NCBI GenBank assembly: GCA_029777095.1
Contig: JAKOTS010000032.1
Span: 135,039 to 199,038, forward strand
From: Actinomycetes bacterium
Lineage (GTDB): Bacteria > Actinomycetota > Actinomycetes > Actinomycetales > Microbacteriaceae
Direction: 5' to 3'
DNA: 64,000 bases
The notes beneath the pieces were generated by a model. That model was given only the letters and a program-made list of their open reading frames with translations, was not told where the DNA came from and ran no database searches. The position numbers and the translations under genes were made by a program. Below, piece by piece: positions 31,998 through 41,475 of the stretch; within the stretch, counting starts at the first letter, position 1, and each line of letters begins with the position of its first letter.

Positions 31998-33541
31998 CCC
32001 GCGCCCACAAACCCGTTCGTCGCGGGCTCGTCGTTGCGGTGTTGGCCGCGGCATCCATTCTTCTGAGCGGATGCTTCGCAGTGCCGAGCCCCCCGTCGAA
32101 GACCCCCGACCGGGCGCCCGACGCGTCCGGGGTGAGCGCCGAGTTGCTGCCGTACTACGAGCAGGAGCTGGTGTGGGAGGCGTGCGAGGCCGGCCTTGAC
32201 TGCACGACCGTGACGGCGCCGCTCGACTGGGCCGACCCGTCCGTCGGCGAGATCGAACTTGCCGTGATTCGAAAGCGTGCGGCCGGCGGCGAACCGCTGG
32301 GCTCACTCCTGACCAACCCCGGCGGCCCTGGCGCGAGTGGCGTCGGCCTGATCCGCGATTCGGTCGACTACGTCATCGGCAAAGACCTGCGACGCAGCTA
32401 CGACGTGATCGGCTTCGATCCGCGCGGCGTTGGAGAGTCGACGGCCGTGAAGTGTTTCGACACCGCTGAGATGGACAACTACCTCTTCGGCATCGCGGAT
32501 GCCCCACGCAATTCGCCAGCCTGGATCGACGAGGTCGTCGCCAGCGGCGCCGAGTTCGCGGCGGCGTGCGAGAAGAACAGCGGCGGGATCCTGCCGTACA
32601 TCAACACGAAAAGCGCCGCGCGCGACCTCGATCTGCTCCGCGGAGTGCTCGGAGACGAGAAACTCAACTACCTCGGATTCTCGTACGGCACGTTCCTCGG
32701 AGCCACCTATGCCGAACTCTTCCCGGAGCGTGTCGGGCGTCTGGTGCTCGACGGCGCGATCGACCCTACGACGTCGTCGCTTGACGTCGGCACGACGCAG
32801 GCGCTGGGCTTCGAATCGGCGCTGCGTGCGTTCATGGCAGATTGCCTCACCACGAAGGGCTGCGCGTTCCGTGGCACCGTCGACCAGGCAATGGCCGACC
32901 TCGGGGCGCTCCTTGCTGCGGCCGAACGAAGCCCCCTGCCCACGGCGGATGGCCGTCTCGTGGGCTCCGATACGATGCTCACCGGCATCATCGCCGCGCT
33001 CTATTCGCAGGGCAGCTGGGAGTTCCTGCGCAACGCCCTCGCCGCCGCGCTCACGGGTGACGGCAGCCAGATGCTGTTCCTCGCCGATTTCTACTACAAC
33101 CGCGAAGACGGCCGATATCTTGACAACTCCACCGAGGCGTTCACCGCCTACAACTGTGTGGACTACCCGGTCGAAAACGATCCAGTCGCGATTGCGGCAT
33201 CCAATGCTCGTGTGCTCGCGGGCGCGCCGACGATCGCACCGTTCTGGGTGTCGGATGCCCCAGACCAGTGTGAGCAGTGGCCCGCACCGCCGGTCGGTAC
33301 CCGCGGCGAGATTCACGCGAAGGGCGCAGCGCCGATTCTTGTGGTGGGCACGACCAACGACCCGGCGACGCCGTACGAGTGGTCAGTCGCGCTCGCCGAA
33401 CAGCTCGATTCGGGCGTCTTGATTACTCGCGTCGGCGAGGGCCACACCGGCTATTCGCAGGGTAATGCGTGTGTGGATGCCGCGGTTGAGGCTTACTTCC
33501 TCAGCGGGAAGGTGCCCGACGGGCCGCTCCTATGTGAGTAG
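31994..33541 (+). CDS. Lipoprotein alpha/beta hydrolase (tripeptidyl-peptidase/TAP-like)
   Basis: Lipobox LLSGC, NPGGPG, GFDPRGVG, GFSYG nucleophile, DPATP, GHTGY. Confidence 0.9.
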   Translation: MTRAHKPVRRGLVVAVLAAASILLSGCFAVPSPPSKTPDRAPDASGVSAELLPYYEQELVWEACEAGLDCTTVTAPLDWADPSVGEIELAVIRKRAAGGEPLGSLLTNPGGPGASGVGLIRDSVDYVIGKDLRRSYDVIGFDPRGVGESTAVKCFDTAEMDNYLFGIADAPRNSPAWIDEVVASGAEFAAACEKNSGGILPYINTKSAARDLDLLRGVLGDEKLNYLGFSYGTFLGATYAELFPERVGRLVLDGAIDPTTSSLDVGTTQALGFESALRAFMADCLTTKGCAFRGTVDQAMADLGALLAAAERSPLPTADGRLVGSDTMLTGIIAALYSQGSWEFLRNALAAALTGDGSQMLFLADFYYNREDGRYLDNSTEAFTAYNCVDYPVENDPVAIAASNARVLAGAPTIAPFWVSDAPDQCEQWPAPPVGTRGEIHAKGAAPILVVGTTNDPATPYEWSVALAEQLDSGVLITRVGEGHTGYSQGNACVDAAVEAYFLSGKVPDGPLLCE

Positions 33542-33616
33542 CACTGTGCGCCGGTTCGCGTGGCGGCTCGCGACCCTGTAACATCGTTCCCTGTGCACGG
33601 TGCTTCGGCATTGCAC

Positions 33617-33692
33617 GCCGCCTTAGCTCAGCTGGTAGAGCAATTCACTCGTAATGAATAGGTCTGGGGTTCGAATCCCCAAGGTGGCTCCA
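33617..33692 (+). tRNA. tRNA-Thr (anticodon CGT)
   Basis: GCCGCCTTAGCTCAGCTGGTAGAGCA-ATTCA-CTCGTAA-TGAAT-AGGTCTGGGGTTCGAATCCCCAAGGTGGCTCCA, 76 nt with CCA. Confidence 0.97.
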
Positions 33693-34097
33693 ATGAATCC
33701 CGGTCTTGCTGTCGTCTCGAACGTCGCCGAGATTTTCTCGGTCGGCGGGCTGACGGTCGGAATTGCTTTGCTGCTCGCCGCGCTCGTGGCGGTCTTGTTC
33801 GACGGGACCTGGATCTCGACGCGCGCCGCAGTCGAGCATGACGAGCACGGCCCGTTGGTGCGCTGGTTTGGTGACGACGGCGCGGTGCACGCGCATGGGC
33901 TCACCCGTGCACAGTTTGCTCAGGCGCATGGTGAGGACTGGCTGCAGGTGTACTTCCGCCGCGGCGCGGCGCACCGGATGCGCCTCGAGCGTGCTTCCGC
34001 GGTAGTGCGTCTCTTGCGCCTGCTGGGCGGGATCGTCACGGGCGTTGGCGTCTTGGCCCTTGCCGTGTCGCTGATCGTGATGTTCATCGCGGCCTAG
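33693..34097 (+). CDS. Hypothetical membrane protein (N- and C-terminal TM helices)
   Basis: 134-aa ORF with two clear hydrophobic segments; ATG directly follows the tRNA CCA. Confidence 0.7.
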   Translation: MNPGLAVVSNVAEIFSVGGLTVGIALLLAALVAVLFDGTWISTRAAVEHDEHGPLVRWFGDDGAVHAHGLTRAQFAQAHGEDWLQVYFRRGAAHRMRLERASAVVRLLRLLGGIVTGVGVLALAVSLIVMFIAA

Positions 34098-34129
34098 CCG
34101 GTCCGCGTCGGGACCCCTACACTGGCCGC

Positions 34130-34723
34130 ATGGTCAAGGCACTGTTTATTGTCGACGTCCAGAACGACTTCACCGAGGGAGGGTCGCTCGGTGTCGAGGG
34201 TGGCGCGGCCGTCGCGCTGGCGATCACGCGGCATCTTGCAGCGCATCACGGCGACTACGCGCTGATCGTCGCATCGCGCGACTGGCACAGCGCGAGCGAC
34301 GACAATGGTGGACATTTCGCCACGGATGCCGCTCCCGATTTCGTCTCGACATGGCCCGTGCACTGCGTCGCCGGCACCGAGGGTGCCGAATACGATCCGG
34401 GGCTTGACCTGAGCCATATCGGCGTTCATCTGAAGAAAGGGCAGGGGATCCCGGCGTACTCGCTCTTTGAGGGTGTGACGGATGACGGCGCCGCGGTCGC
34501 CGAGCTCCTACGCGATCGCGGTGTGCTCGAAGTCGATCTCGTTGGGATCGCGACGGACTACTGTGTGCGGGCCACCGGGCTGGATGCCATCGCGCACGGC
34601 ACGCGCGTGCGCATCTTCACCGACCTGGTCGCCGGGGTTGCACCCGCCTCGAGCGAGGCGGCGCTGGCCGAACTCGCGCATGCGGGGGCGGAGCTCGCGC
34701 TCGCCGAGCCGCTCCGCGACTGA
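34130..34723 (+). CDS. pncA: Nicotinamidase/pyrazinamidase (isochorismatase family)
   Basis: VDVQNDF..GG, SRDWH, WPVHCVAGTEGA, KG...AYS.FEG, GIATDYCV. TACACT -10 (34118-34123). Confidence 0.88.
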   Translation: MVKALFIVDVQNDFTEGGSLGVEGGAAVALAITRHLAAHHGDYALIVASRDWHSASDDNGGHFATDAAPDFVSTWPVHCVAGTEGAEYDPGLDLSHIGVHLKKGQGIPAYSLFEGVTDDGAAVAELLRDRGVLEVDLVGIATDYCVRATGLDAIAHGTRVRIFTDLVAGVAPASSEAALAELAHAGAELALAEPLRD

Positions 34724-34732
34724 GCCGGTGTT

Positions 34733-34811
34733 GCCGACCCGGCCCGCGCTAGGGGCCGGCGCTGCCGACCCGGCCCGTTCTGGCGACCCGCCCTCTGCTG
34801 CCGACCCGCCC
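34733..34811. repeat. Degenerate tandem GCCGACCCG(G)CCC repeats in a convergent intergenic gap
   Basis: Copies at about 34733, 34764, 34782 (variant) and 34800. Confidence 0.7.
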
Positions 34812-36250
34812 TATTCGGCAGCGTGCCGATCGAGAAACGTGTAGACCTCGTTGTCGTCGACGCCGGGGAACGCACCTCGGGGAAGCGGCGAGAACATGTG
34901 GGTGTGTACGCGCGCACTCGGCCAGGCCTTGCCTGACCAGCGTTCTGCGACGTCGCCAGGCGGGCGGCGGCAGCAGCTCTCATCGGGGCACGTCGACACC
35001 GCACGCTGCTGGGTCTCGCGGCCGCGAAACCATCGCGCGTCGTCGAACGGGACGCCGACCGAGATCGAGTACTCGCCCGCGCCCGTCGCACCCGTTTGAG
35101 TTGAGCACCAAAACGTGCCGGCGGGAGTGTCCGTGTACTGGTACTGCTCTGTGGTGCGGTTCTGTTGCGTGAACGCCGCGCGCGCGCTCCACTTGCGGCA
35201 CACGATCTGCCCTTCGATCGAGCCCGTCACATCCTGCGGGAGGGGGAGCCCATCATTTTCGTAACCCCGGCTCAGTGCGCCGTTCTCATCGACGCGGAGG
35301 AAGTGCATTTGCATGTCGAGGTGGGAGGTCGCGAGGTTGCTCAGGCGCATGCCCGCGGAATCATGGGTGACACCGAACGCGTCGCGGAAGTCTTCCACCG
35401 CGAGGTTGCGATCCTTCTTTGCCTGCGAGAGGAAGGCGACGGCCGCGGTCTCCGGCATCAGGCAGCACGCCGCGAAGTAGTTGATCTCGAGCCGCTGTTG
35501 CAAGAAGTCGGCATAGTTTTCGGGGCGCGAATGGCCGAGCACCCGGTGCCCGAGCGCCTGCAAGGCCATTGAACGCAGACCGTGGCCGCCGGGAATCGAT
35601 GTCGGTGGGAGGTAGATGCGCCCGTTCTCGAGGTCGGTCACCGAGCGCGCCGAATGCGGCAGGTCGCTGACATACATCAACTCGAAGCCCAACCGCTCGG
35701 CCATGATCGTCACTGTGCGGTGCTTGAGCGCGCCACTGACGTGCCCCGCATCGCGAAGCTGCGCCTCGGCGAGTCGCTCGATGTCGGGCAGGTAGTTGTT
35801 GCGGGTGCGCATCATGAGGCGAAGGTCGGTGTTCGCGCGGCGCGCCTCCTCGGGGGTGGCGATCGCTTCGCGTTCGCGGCGCTGCAGCTCTCGGTGCAGG
35901 CCGAGGATCGATTCGAGCGTGTCGTCGCTGACGCCCTTCGTCACTCGCACGGGGGCGATGCCGAGGCCTCGAAAGACGCTGCTTGATTGCACGCGATCCA
36001 ATTCGATTTCGAGCGCCGCACGCCGGTTCGGAGCCGCGCCCGAGATGAGATCGCTGACATCGGTGCCGGTCGCGGCCGCAATCGCTTGGAGGAGGGAGAG
36101 CTTCGGCTCGCGTTTGCCATTCTCGATCAAACTGAGCTGGCTCCCGGCAACGCCGACGAGGGCGCCCAGCTCGTCGAGCGTCATCCCATTGCGTGTGCGG
36201 TGATGGCGAATGCGGTGACCGAGAGTCGTAAGTTCGAGCGATGTCGACAT
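34811..36250 (-). CDS. XRE-family short-chain acyl-CoA regulator (RamB/PrpR-like)
   Basis: N-terminal HTH (SQLSLIENGKREP), INYFAACCLMP, MHFLRVD..G..S, VCRKW and CPDESCC Cys motifs. TATGAT -10 on the minus strand 6 nt before ATG. Confidence 0.85.
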   Translation of the reverse strand: MSTSLELTTLGHRIRHHRTRNGMTLDELGALVGVAGSQLSLIENGKREPKLSLLQAIAAATGTDVSDLISGAAPNRRAALEIELDRVQSSSVFRGLGIAPVRVTKGVSDDTLESILGLHRELQRREREAIATPEEARRANTDLRLMMRTRNNYLPDIERLAEAQLRDAGHVSGALKHRTVTIMAERLGFELMYVSDLPHSARSVTDLENGRIYLPPTSIPGGHGLRSMALQALGHRVLGHSRPENYADFLQQRLEINYFAACCLMPETAAVAFLSQAKKDRNLAVEDFRDAFGVTHDSAGMRLSNLATSHLDMQMHFLRVDENGALSRGYENDGLPLPQDVTGSIEGQIVCRKWSARAAFTQQNRTTEQYQYTDTPAGTFWCSTQTGATGAGEYSISVGVPFDDARWFRGRETQQRAVSTCPDESCCRRPPGDVAERWSGKAWPSARVHTHMFSPLPRGAFPGVDDNEVYTFLDRHAAE

Positions 36251-36283
36251 TCTTTGATCATATCTAAAGAACCTCGTTTCTTT
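36250..36283. promoter_or_regulatory. Candidate operator between the RamB-like regulator and pckG
   Basis: TTCTTT(36250-55)-N10-AAAGAA(36266-71)-N6-TTCTTT(36278-83) in an AT-rich divergent gap. Confidence 0.45.
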
Positions 36284-36353
36284 CAGTGCCTTTTGGTGCA
36301 AACACACCCCATTTCTGACGAATTATGGAGGTACACACCGAATGGAGCTCAAT

Positions 36354-38246
36354 ATGGCCATTGCCGAGACCCTCAACCCCAGCATCGCTGGGGGCAAGAA
36401 CACGCCCCGTCCCGTTGTGAGCGCCGTTCCCGCCTATTCGGGTGCCGGCATGGACGCCCTGCGTGCGTGGGTCGATGAGATTGCAGCGCTGACGAAGCCC
36501 GCCCGCATCCACTGGGTCGACGGCTCGCGCGCCGAGAACGAGACGCTCCTTCGCGGCATGGTCGACGAAGGTCGCCTTATCAAGCTCAACCCCGAATGGC
36601 GTCCGGGTTCCTACCTGGCACGTTCGCACCCCGGCGACGTTGCTCGCACTGAGGGTCGCACTTTCATCGCATCCGAGCGTGAAGAAGACGCCGGCCCCAC
36701 CAACAACTGGGCCGAGCCCACGGCCATGCGCGCCGAGCTCGAGGGTGTCTTCGACGGCAGCATGCGCGGTCGCACGATGTACGTCGTGCCCTTCTCGATG
36801 GGTGCCGTCGGCGGCCCCCTCTCACACATCGGTGTGCAGCTGACCGACTCGGCTTACGCCGTCGTCAGCATGAGCATCATGACCCGCGTCGGCAAGGACG
36901 TCACAAAGCTCATCGCGGAGGGCGCGGACTGGGTTCGCACCGTCCACTCGGTCGGCGCACCGCTGGCCCCTGGCGAGCAGGACGTCCCGTGGCCGTGCAG
37001 CGACACGAAGTACGTCGTGCACTTCCCCGAAACGCTCGAGGTCTTCTCCTACGGTTCGGGCTACGGCGGCAACGCCATCCTCGCCAAGAAGTGCTTTGCG
37101 CTGCGCATCGCATCGGTGATTGGTCGCGACCAGGGTTGGCTTGCCGAGCACATGTTGCTCATCCGCGTGATCGACCCGAAGGGCAAGGCCTACCACGTGG
37201 CCGCCGCGTTCCCGTCGGCGTGTGGCAAGACCAACCTCGCAATGCTCCGTCCGACGATTCCCGGCTGGCACGTCGAGACGCTCGGCGACGACATCGCCTG
37301 GATCCGTCCCGGTGAAGACGGTCGTCTCTGGGCGATCAACCCTGAGGCGGGGTTCTTCGGCGTCGCACCCGGTACCGGTGAGTCGACAAACGTCACCGCG
37401 ATCGAGACGCTCTGGGGCAACACGATCTTCACGAACGTCGCGCTCCGCCCCGACGGTGACGTCTGGTGGGAGGGCCTGACCGACGAGATTCCCGCGAACC
37501 TCACCGATTGGCAGGGCAACCCCTGGACGCCGCAGAGTGGAACTCCCGCAGCGCACCCCAACTCACGATTCACGGTTGCTGCCGCGCAGTGCCCGCAGAT
37601 CGCAGAAGACTGGGATGCCCCGCAGGGCGTGCCGCTCGATGTCATCCTTTTCGGTGGTCGGCGTGCAACGAACGTGCCGCTGGTTGTCGAGGCAACCGAC
37701 TGGGCGCACGGCGTGTTCCTTGGCTCGACGATTTCGTCGGAGCGCACCGCCGCGGCGGAAGGCACGCTCGGCGAGCTTCGCCGCGACCCGTTCGCGATGC
37801 TTCCGTTCTGTGGATACAACATGGCCGACTACTTCGGTCACTGGCTCACGGTCGGCGGCAAGCTCCGTCACGACCTCGCACCGCGTATCTTCCAGGTCAA
37901 CTGGTTCCGTCGCGGCGCCGATGGCCGGTTCCTGTGGCCCGGTTTTGGCGACAACTCGCGCGTGATCGACTGGATTATCCGTCGCATCTCTGGCGAGGTC
38001 GAGTCAATCGAGTCGCCGATCGGTCGTCTGCCGAACACCGCCGACCTCAACCTTGAGGGCATCGAGGTTCCGCAGGCTGACCTCGACGAGCTGTTCTCGA
38101 TTGATCCCACGTCGTGGTTGCATGAAGCCGACCTCACCGAAGAGTTTTACGCAACCTTCGATGGCAAGGTCCCGGCGGCGCTCCAGGCAGAGCTTGCCTC
38201 GCTGCGCTACCGGCTGACGGCAGCGCAGGCCGCGGCAACGAACTAG
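36354..38246 (+). CDS. pckG: Phosphoenolpyruvate carboxykinase (GTP)
   Basis: [52 protein letters not shown]. Confidence 0.97.
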   Translation: MAIAETLNPSIAGGKNTPRPVVSAVPAYSGAGMDALRAWVDEIAALTKPARIHWVDGSRAENETLLRGMVDEGRLIKLNPEWRPGSYLARSHPGDVARTEGRTFIASEREEDAGPTNNWAEPTAMRAELEGVFDGSMRGRTMYVVPFSMGAVGGPLSHIGVQLTDSAYAVVSMSIMTRVGKDVTKLIAEGADWVRTVHSVGAPLAPGEQDVPWPCSDTKYVVHFPETLEVFSYGSGYGGNAILAKKCFALRIASVIGRDQGWLAEHMLLIRVIDPKGKAYHVAAAFPSACGKTNLAMLRPTIPGWHVETLGDDIAWIRPGEDGRLWAINPEAGFFGVAPGTGESTNVTAIETLWGNTIFTNVALRPDGDVWWEGLTDEIPANLTDWQGNPWTPQSGTPAAHPNSRFTVAAAQCPQIAEDWDAPQGVPLDVILFGGRRATNVPLVVEATDWAHGVFLGSTISSERTAAAEGTLGELRRDPFAMLPFCGYNMADYFGHWLTVGGKLRHDLAPRIFQVNWFRRGADGRFLWPGFGDNSRVIDWIIRRISGEVESIESPIGRLPNTADLNLEGIEVPQADLDELFSIDPTSWLHEADLTEEFYATFDGKVPAALQAELASLRYRLTAAQAAATN

Positions 38247-38254
38247 CGAACTCG

Positions 38255-38293
38255 AACGACAACACCCAGGGCTCTGCCCCGGGTGTTGTCGTT
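38255..38293 (+). terminator. Hairpin terminator after pckG
   Basis: AACGACAACACCC / GGGTGTTGTCGTT 13-bp stem extended by a short inner stem. Confidence 0.8.
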
Positions 38294-38334
38294 CCCCCTC
38301 GCTGGTCCGCCCGCCGCGCCTCGCCCGCCGCGCC

Positions 38335-38533
38335 TGCACCCTCCCGTTCCCCCGTCGCGAATCGCCGTGCGCGGCCGGGTTTTCGACCGTTTGCGACTGC
38401 TGAGCGAGGGGTGTGGTCGGGAGCGCACGCTGTCCGCCGCTCGCCCCGCACCGTCCGCCGTGCACCTCCCGTTCCCCCGTCGCGAATCGCCGCGTGGGGT
38501 CGTGTTTTGCGACCGTTTGCGACTGCTGAGCGA
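38335..38533. repeat. About 73-bp REP-like direct repeat pair
   Basis: CTCCCGTTCCCCCGTCGCGAATCGCCG...CGACCGTTTGCGACTGCTGAGCGA at about 38335-38408 and 38461-38533, with a variable central part. Confidence 0.85.
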
Positions 38534-38567
38534 AGGTTGGAGGGGCGGGGCGGGGTAGGGCGGGCGG

Positions 38568-40748
38568 TCAGACGAGGAGCTGGTGCTTCGCGAGTTCGCG
38601 ATACAGCGGTGTGGATGCCACGAGCTCCGAGTGCGTCCCTTGCCCCACGACGCGACCGTGGTCGAGCACCACGATGTGGTCGCTGTCGACGACGGTCGAG
38701 AGCCGGTGCGCGATCACGATGAGCGTGCGGCCAGTGGCGACGGCATCGATTGCCTCACGCATCCGCTGCTCGTTGAGCCCATCGAGCGACGATGTCGACT
38801 CGTCGAGCAGCAGGACCGGCGCGGCGGCGAGCAGCGCGCGGGCGATGGCCAGGCGTTGACGTTCGCCGCCCGAGAGCATGACCCCGTCTTCGCCGACGGG
38901 GGCGTCAAGGCCGAGTGGATTTCGCTCGAGCACCTCGCCGAGATTCACCGAGCGCAGCACCTGCTCGCACTCGACGTCGCTTGCGTCGGGGGCGGCGAGG
39001 CGCAGGTTGTCACCGATCGTGCCGGCGAGGGTCGGGGCATCCTGTTCGACATAACCCAACTGCGCTCGGAGCGTGGCGCGGTCGAGCGTGCGGATGTCGC
39101 GACCCTCGAGGAGAATCGCGCCGCCGGTCGGGTCGTAGAAGCGCTCGATGAGGGTAAGCGTGGTGCTTTTGCCGGCGCCGGAGGGGCCAACGATTGCCAC
39201 GCGTGCGCCGCGGGGGACCCGGAACGAGACGCCCTTGAGGACTTCGCCGGCAGCCGCACCGGAACCGTCGCCGGCAGAACCGGAACCGTCGCCGGCAAAA
39301 CCGGCACCAGCACCAGCACCAGCACCAGCGGACACGCTGGCCGAGGCATCCGAAATGGCGGTCGCAGCCGACGAACGCGAGGTCATGTGTGCGCTCTCCA
39401 AGAGGGCTTCCGCCTCGGCGCTTGCCGAAGCGCGCGCGGCAACGACGGCCTCGGGGTAGTGGAATCGCACGTCGACGAACTCGAGCGCGGCAGGCGCGGC
39501 GCCAGCAACAGAGGCGCCCCCAACGAGAGGCCCAACCCCAACGAGAGCCCCAACCCCAGAGTCCGTCGTGCGACGCGCGGCTGCGGCATCCGCTTCGACT
39601 CGCTTCGCGATCGCCGCGTCGTCGGCGTCTTCGTTCGGAAGATCGAGCACTTCTTGGATGCGACCGAGCGCGCCGAGCGCCTGGTTGACACTCGTGATGG
39701 CGCCGAACGTGCTTGCGAGCGGCTGGATCACCATGAATAGGAACATGATGAATGTGACGAGGCTCGCGATCGTGATGGCGCCGTCGGCGACGCGGAAGCC
39801 GCCCACACCGAGCACGACCAGGAGCGATACCTGCATCGCGATGCCGGCGACCGGCACGACGAGGGCCGAGACCTTTGCGATGCGAACGCCCACGCCGTAC
39901 GCCTCGGTGGCGAGGTCGGTCACGGCGTTCACTTCGCGGTCGGTGGCGCCCGATGCGCGGACCGTGCGAATCGAACTGACCGCACGCTCGACGCCTGAGG
40001 CAAGCTCGCCGACCTTCTCCTGCTGCTGCGTCGAAGCGACCCGGATGCGCGAGCCAAGCATGATGACCGTGAGGATCGACACGGTGATGACGACGAGGAT
40101 GAGCCCGAGCAGGAGTGGGTCGATGATCGCCATCGCGATGATCGCGCCCACAAAGAGGAGCGCGTTGCCAACCCCGTCGGCGAGGCCCTGGGTCAGCACC
40201 GCGTAGAGCAGCGTTGTGTCGGTGCCGACGCGCGAGACGAGATCGCCCGTGCGGCGGGCGTCAAACTCGCGGATGGGGAGGTGGAAGATGCGTGCGATCA
40301 GCTGTCGCCGTGACGAATAGACCACCGCCGTGCCGGTGCGCTGCAAAAGATAGTGCTGGTAGCCAGAAACGACGGACGAGATCACAACGAGGGCGATCAG
40401 CGCCCACACCAGCATCCCGAGGCCCTTGCCTTCACCGACGAGCTGAATCAGCTGGCCCACCAGCAACGGCTGGGCGAGCGACGCGGCGGCGCCAAAGATG
40501 CTGAGCACGACCACGACGACGAGGATCCGCTTGTGCTCGAAGATGAACGGCAGCAGCTGCTTGAGGCTCGCGCGGGGGCCTTCCGGTTCTTTTCCGCGGC
40601 GCCGCATGCCGCCCCCTCGACGTGGCCGACCGGTCGCCGGGGCTGTGCCACGGGCTGTACCACGGGATCGGGGCGCGGTGGCAGTCGGGTGAGCGGATGC
40701 CGCGGCATCCACTCGTGCCGAATCGGAGGGTGTGGCGGGCGAAGACAT
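38568..40748 (-). CDS. ABC exporter (fused TMD + NBD); start approximate
   Basis: GDLVSRVGTDT, Walker A GPSGAGKST, Q-loop VEQD, signature LSGGERQR, LLLDE, IAHRLST. Confidence 0.93.
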   Translation of the reverse strand: MSSPATPSDSARVDAAASAHPTATAPRSRGTARGTAPATGRPRRGGGMRRRGKEPEGPRASLKQLLPFIFEHKRILVVVVVLSIFGAAASLAQPLLVGQLIQLVGEGKGLGMLVWALIALVVISSVVSGYQHYLLQRTGTAVVYSSRRQLIARIFHLPIREFDARRTGDLVSRVGTDTTLLYAVLTQGLADGVGNALLFVGAIIAMAIIDPLLLGLILVVITVSILTVIMLGSRIRVASTQQQEKVGELASGVERAVSSIRTVRASGATDREVNAVTDLATEAYGVGVRIAKVSALVVPVAGIAMQVSLLVVLGVGGFRVADGAITIASLVTFIMFLFMVIQPLASTFGAITSVNQALGALGRIQEVLDLPNEDADDAAIAKRVEADAAAARRTTDSGVGALVGVGPLVGGASVAGAAPAALEFVDVRFHYPEAVVAARASASAEAEALLESAHMTSRSSAATAISDASASVSAGAGAGAGAGFAGDGSGSAGDGSGAAAGEVLKGVSFRVPRGARVAIVGPSGAGKSTTLTLIERFYDPTGGAILLEGRDIRTLDRATLRAQLGYVEQDAPTLAGTIGDNLRLAAPDASDVECEQVLRSVNLGEVLERNPLGLDAPVGEDGVMLSGGERQRLAIARALLAAAPVLLLDESTSSLDGLNEQRMREAIDAVATGRTLIVIAHRLSTVVDSDHIVVLDHGRVVGQGTHSELVASTPLYRELAKHQLLV

Positions 40749-40992
40749 AACGATGTTCCTAGCGTCTGCGAGGGAGCGGGGCGAAACAGTGCGAACCGCA
40801 CCTACGACCGTACTTTGTGTTGTCTGTGACGGAGGTGGCCGCGCGCGCTTTCTTGATTGAGCGGATGCCGCGGCCGCCGCGGCCGCCGCATTCAGGGAGC
40901 TTTCATGATGAATGTCCCCCCTGCTGGGTAGTGTGTGCGATACGAGCCGTCGAATCGTCCGACTCGGTATTGCATCGGATTGGGGAGGGTCG

Positions 40993-41475
40993 TTGAGCGC
41001 ATCTTCGTCGGCACATGCCGCGCCGCCGGCCCGCGGTCGTGCATTTGGGCGGCCATCGTCCCCGGTCAGGCCCGCCGTCACACAGGGCCCTTCGCGTGGC
41101 CGTGCGGTCGCCAGCAGGCTCCCGCTCCTGATCGGCGCCGGGGCCACCACGCTGAGCCTGATCTTCGCGATCGTGGTGTTGGCGTTCTTGAGCGCACCGG
41201 CGCAGTTGTTTGCGGGCTTCTCACTGCCGCTCGTCTCATCCGGTAACTGGGCGCTCAACCTCGTCGGCTACGTGCTCACGCCGCTCGTCGTCATCCTCTG
41301 CTACGGATGGGACGTGGCATGGCAGCGGGGGGCCCGGGCGCACAACCGCAACGTGGTGCTGCGCCCCGGTTACACGCGCATGCTCAAGTGGTTGATGATC
41401 ATCGGCATCGTGCTCGGTGCCTGGCACGTGCTGAACCTCGCGGTACCGCTGACAGAAGCGTGGGGGCTCGGATGA
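40993..41475 (+). CDS. Hypothetical multi-TM membrane protein, gene 1 of the tubulin-like operon
   Basis: GGGAGGG SD before TTG 40993; three hydrophobic segments; TGA overlaps the next ATG (ATGA 41472-41475). Confidence 0.75.
   Translation: MSASSSAHAAPPARGRAFGRPSSPVRPAVTQGPSRGRAVASRLPLLIGAGATTLSLIFAIVVLAFLSAPAQLFAGFSLPLVSSGNWALNLVGYVLTPLVVILCYGWDVAWQRGARAHNRNVVLRPGYTRMLKWLMIIGIVLGAWHVLNLAVPLTEAWGLG

Noticed and set aside
33617-33692. Integrated element at tRNA-Thr or tRNA-Pro
   Set aside because: No integrase and no duplicated tRNA 3' end (att site) seen in the window.
40749-41258. 170-aa N-terminal extension of the ABC exporter given by the ORF track
   Set aside because: It overlaps the divergent operon's first gene and promoter gap and has no motif support; ATG 40748 or a later start is more plausible.
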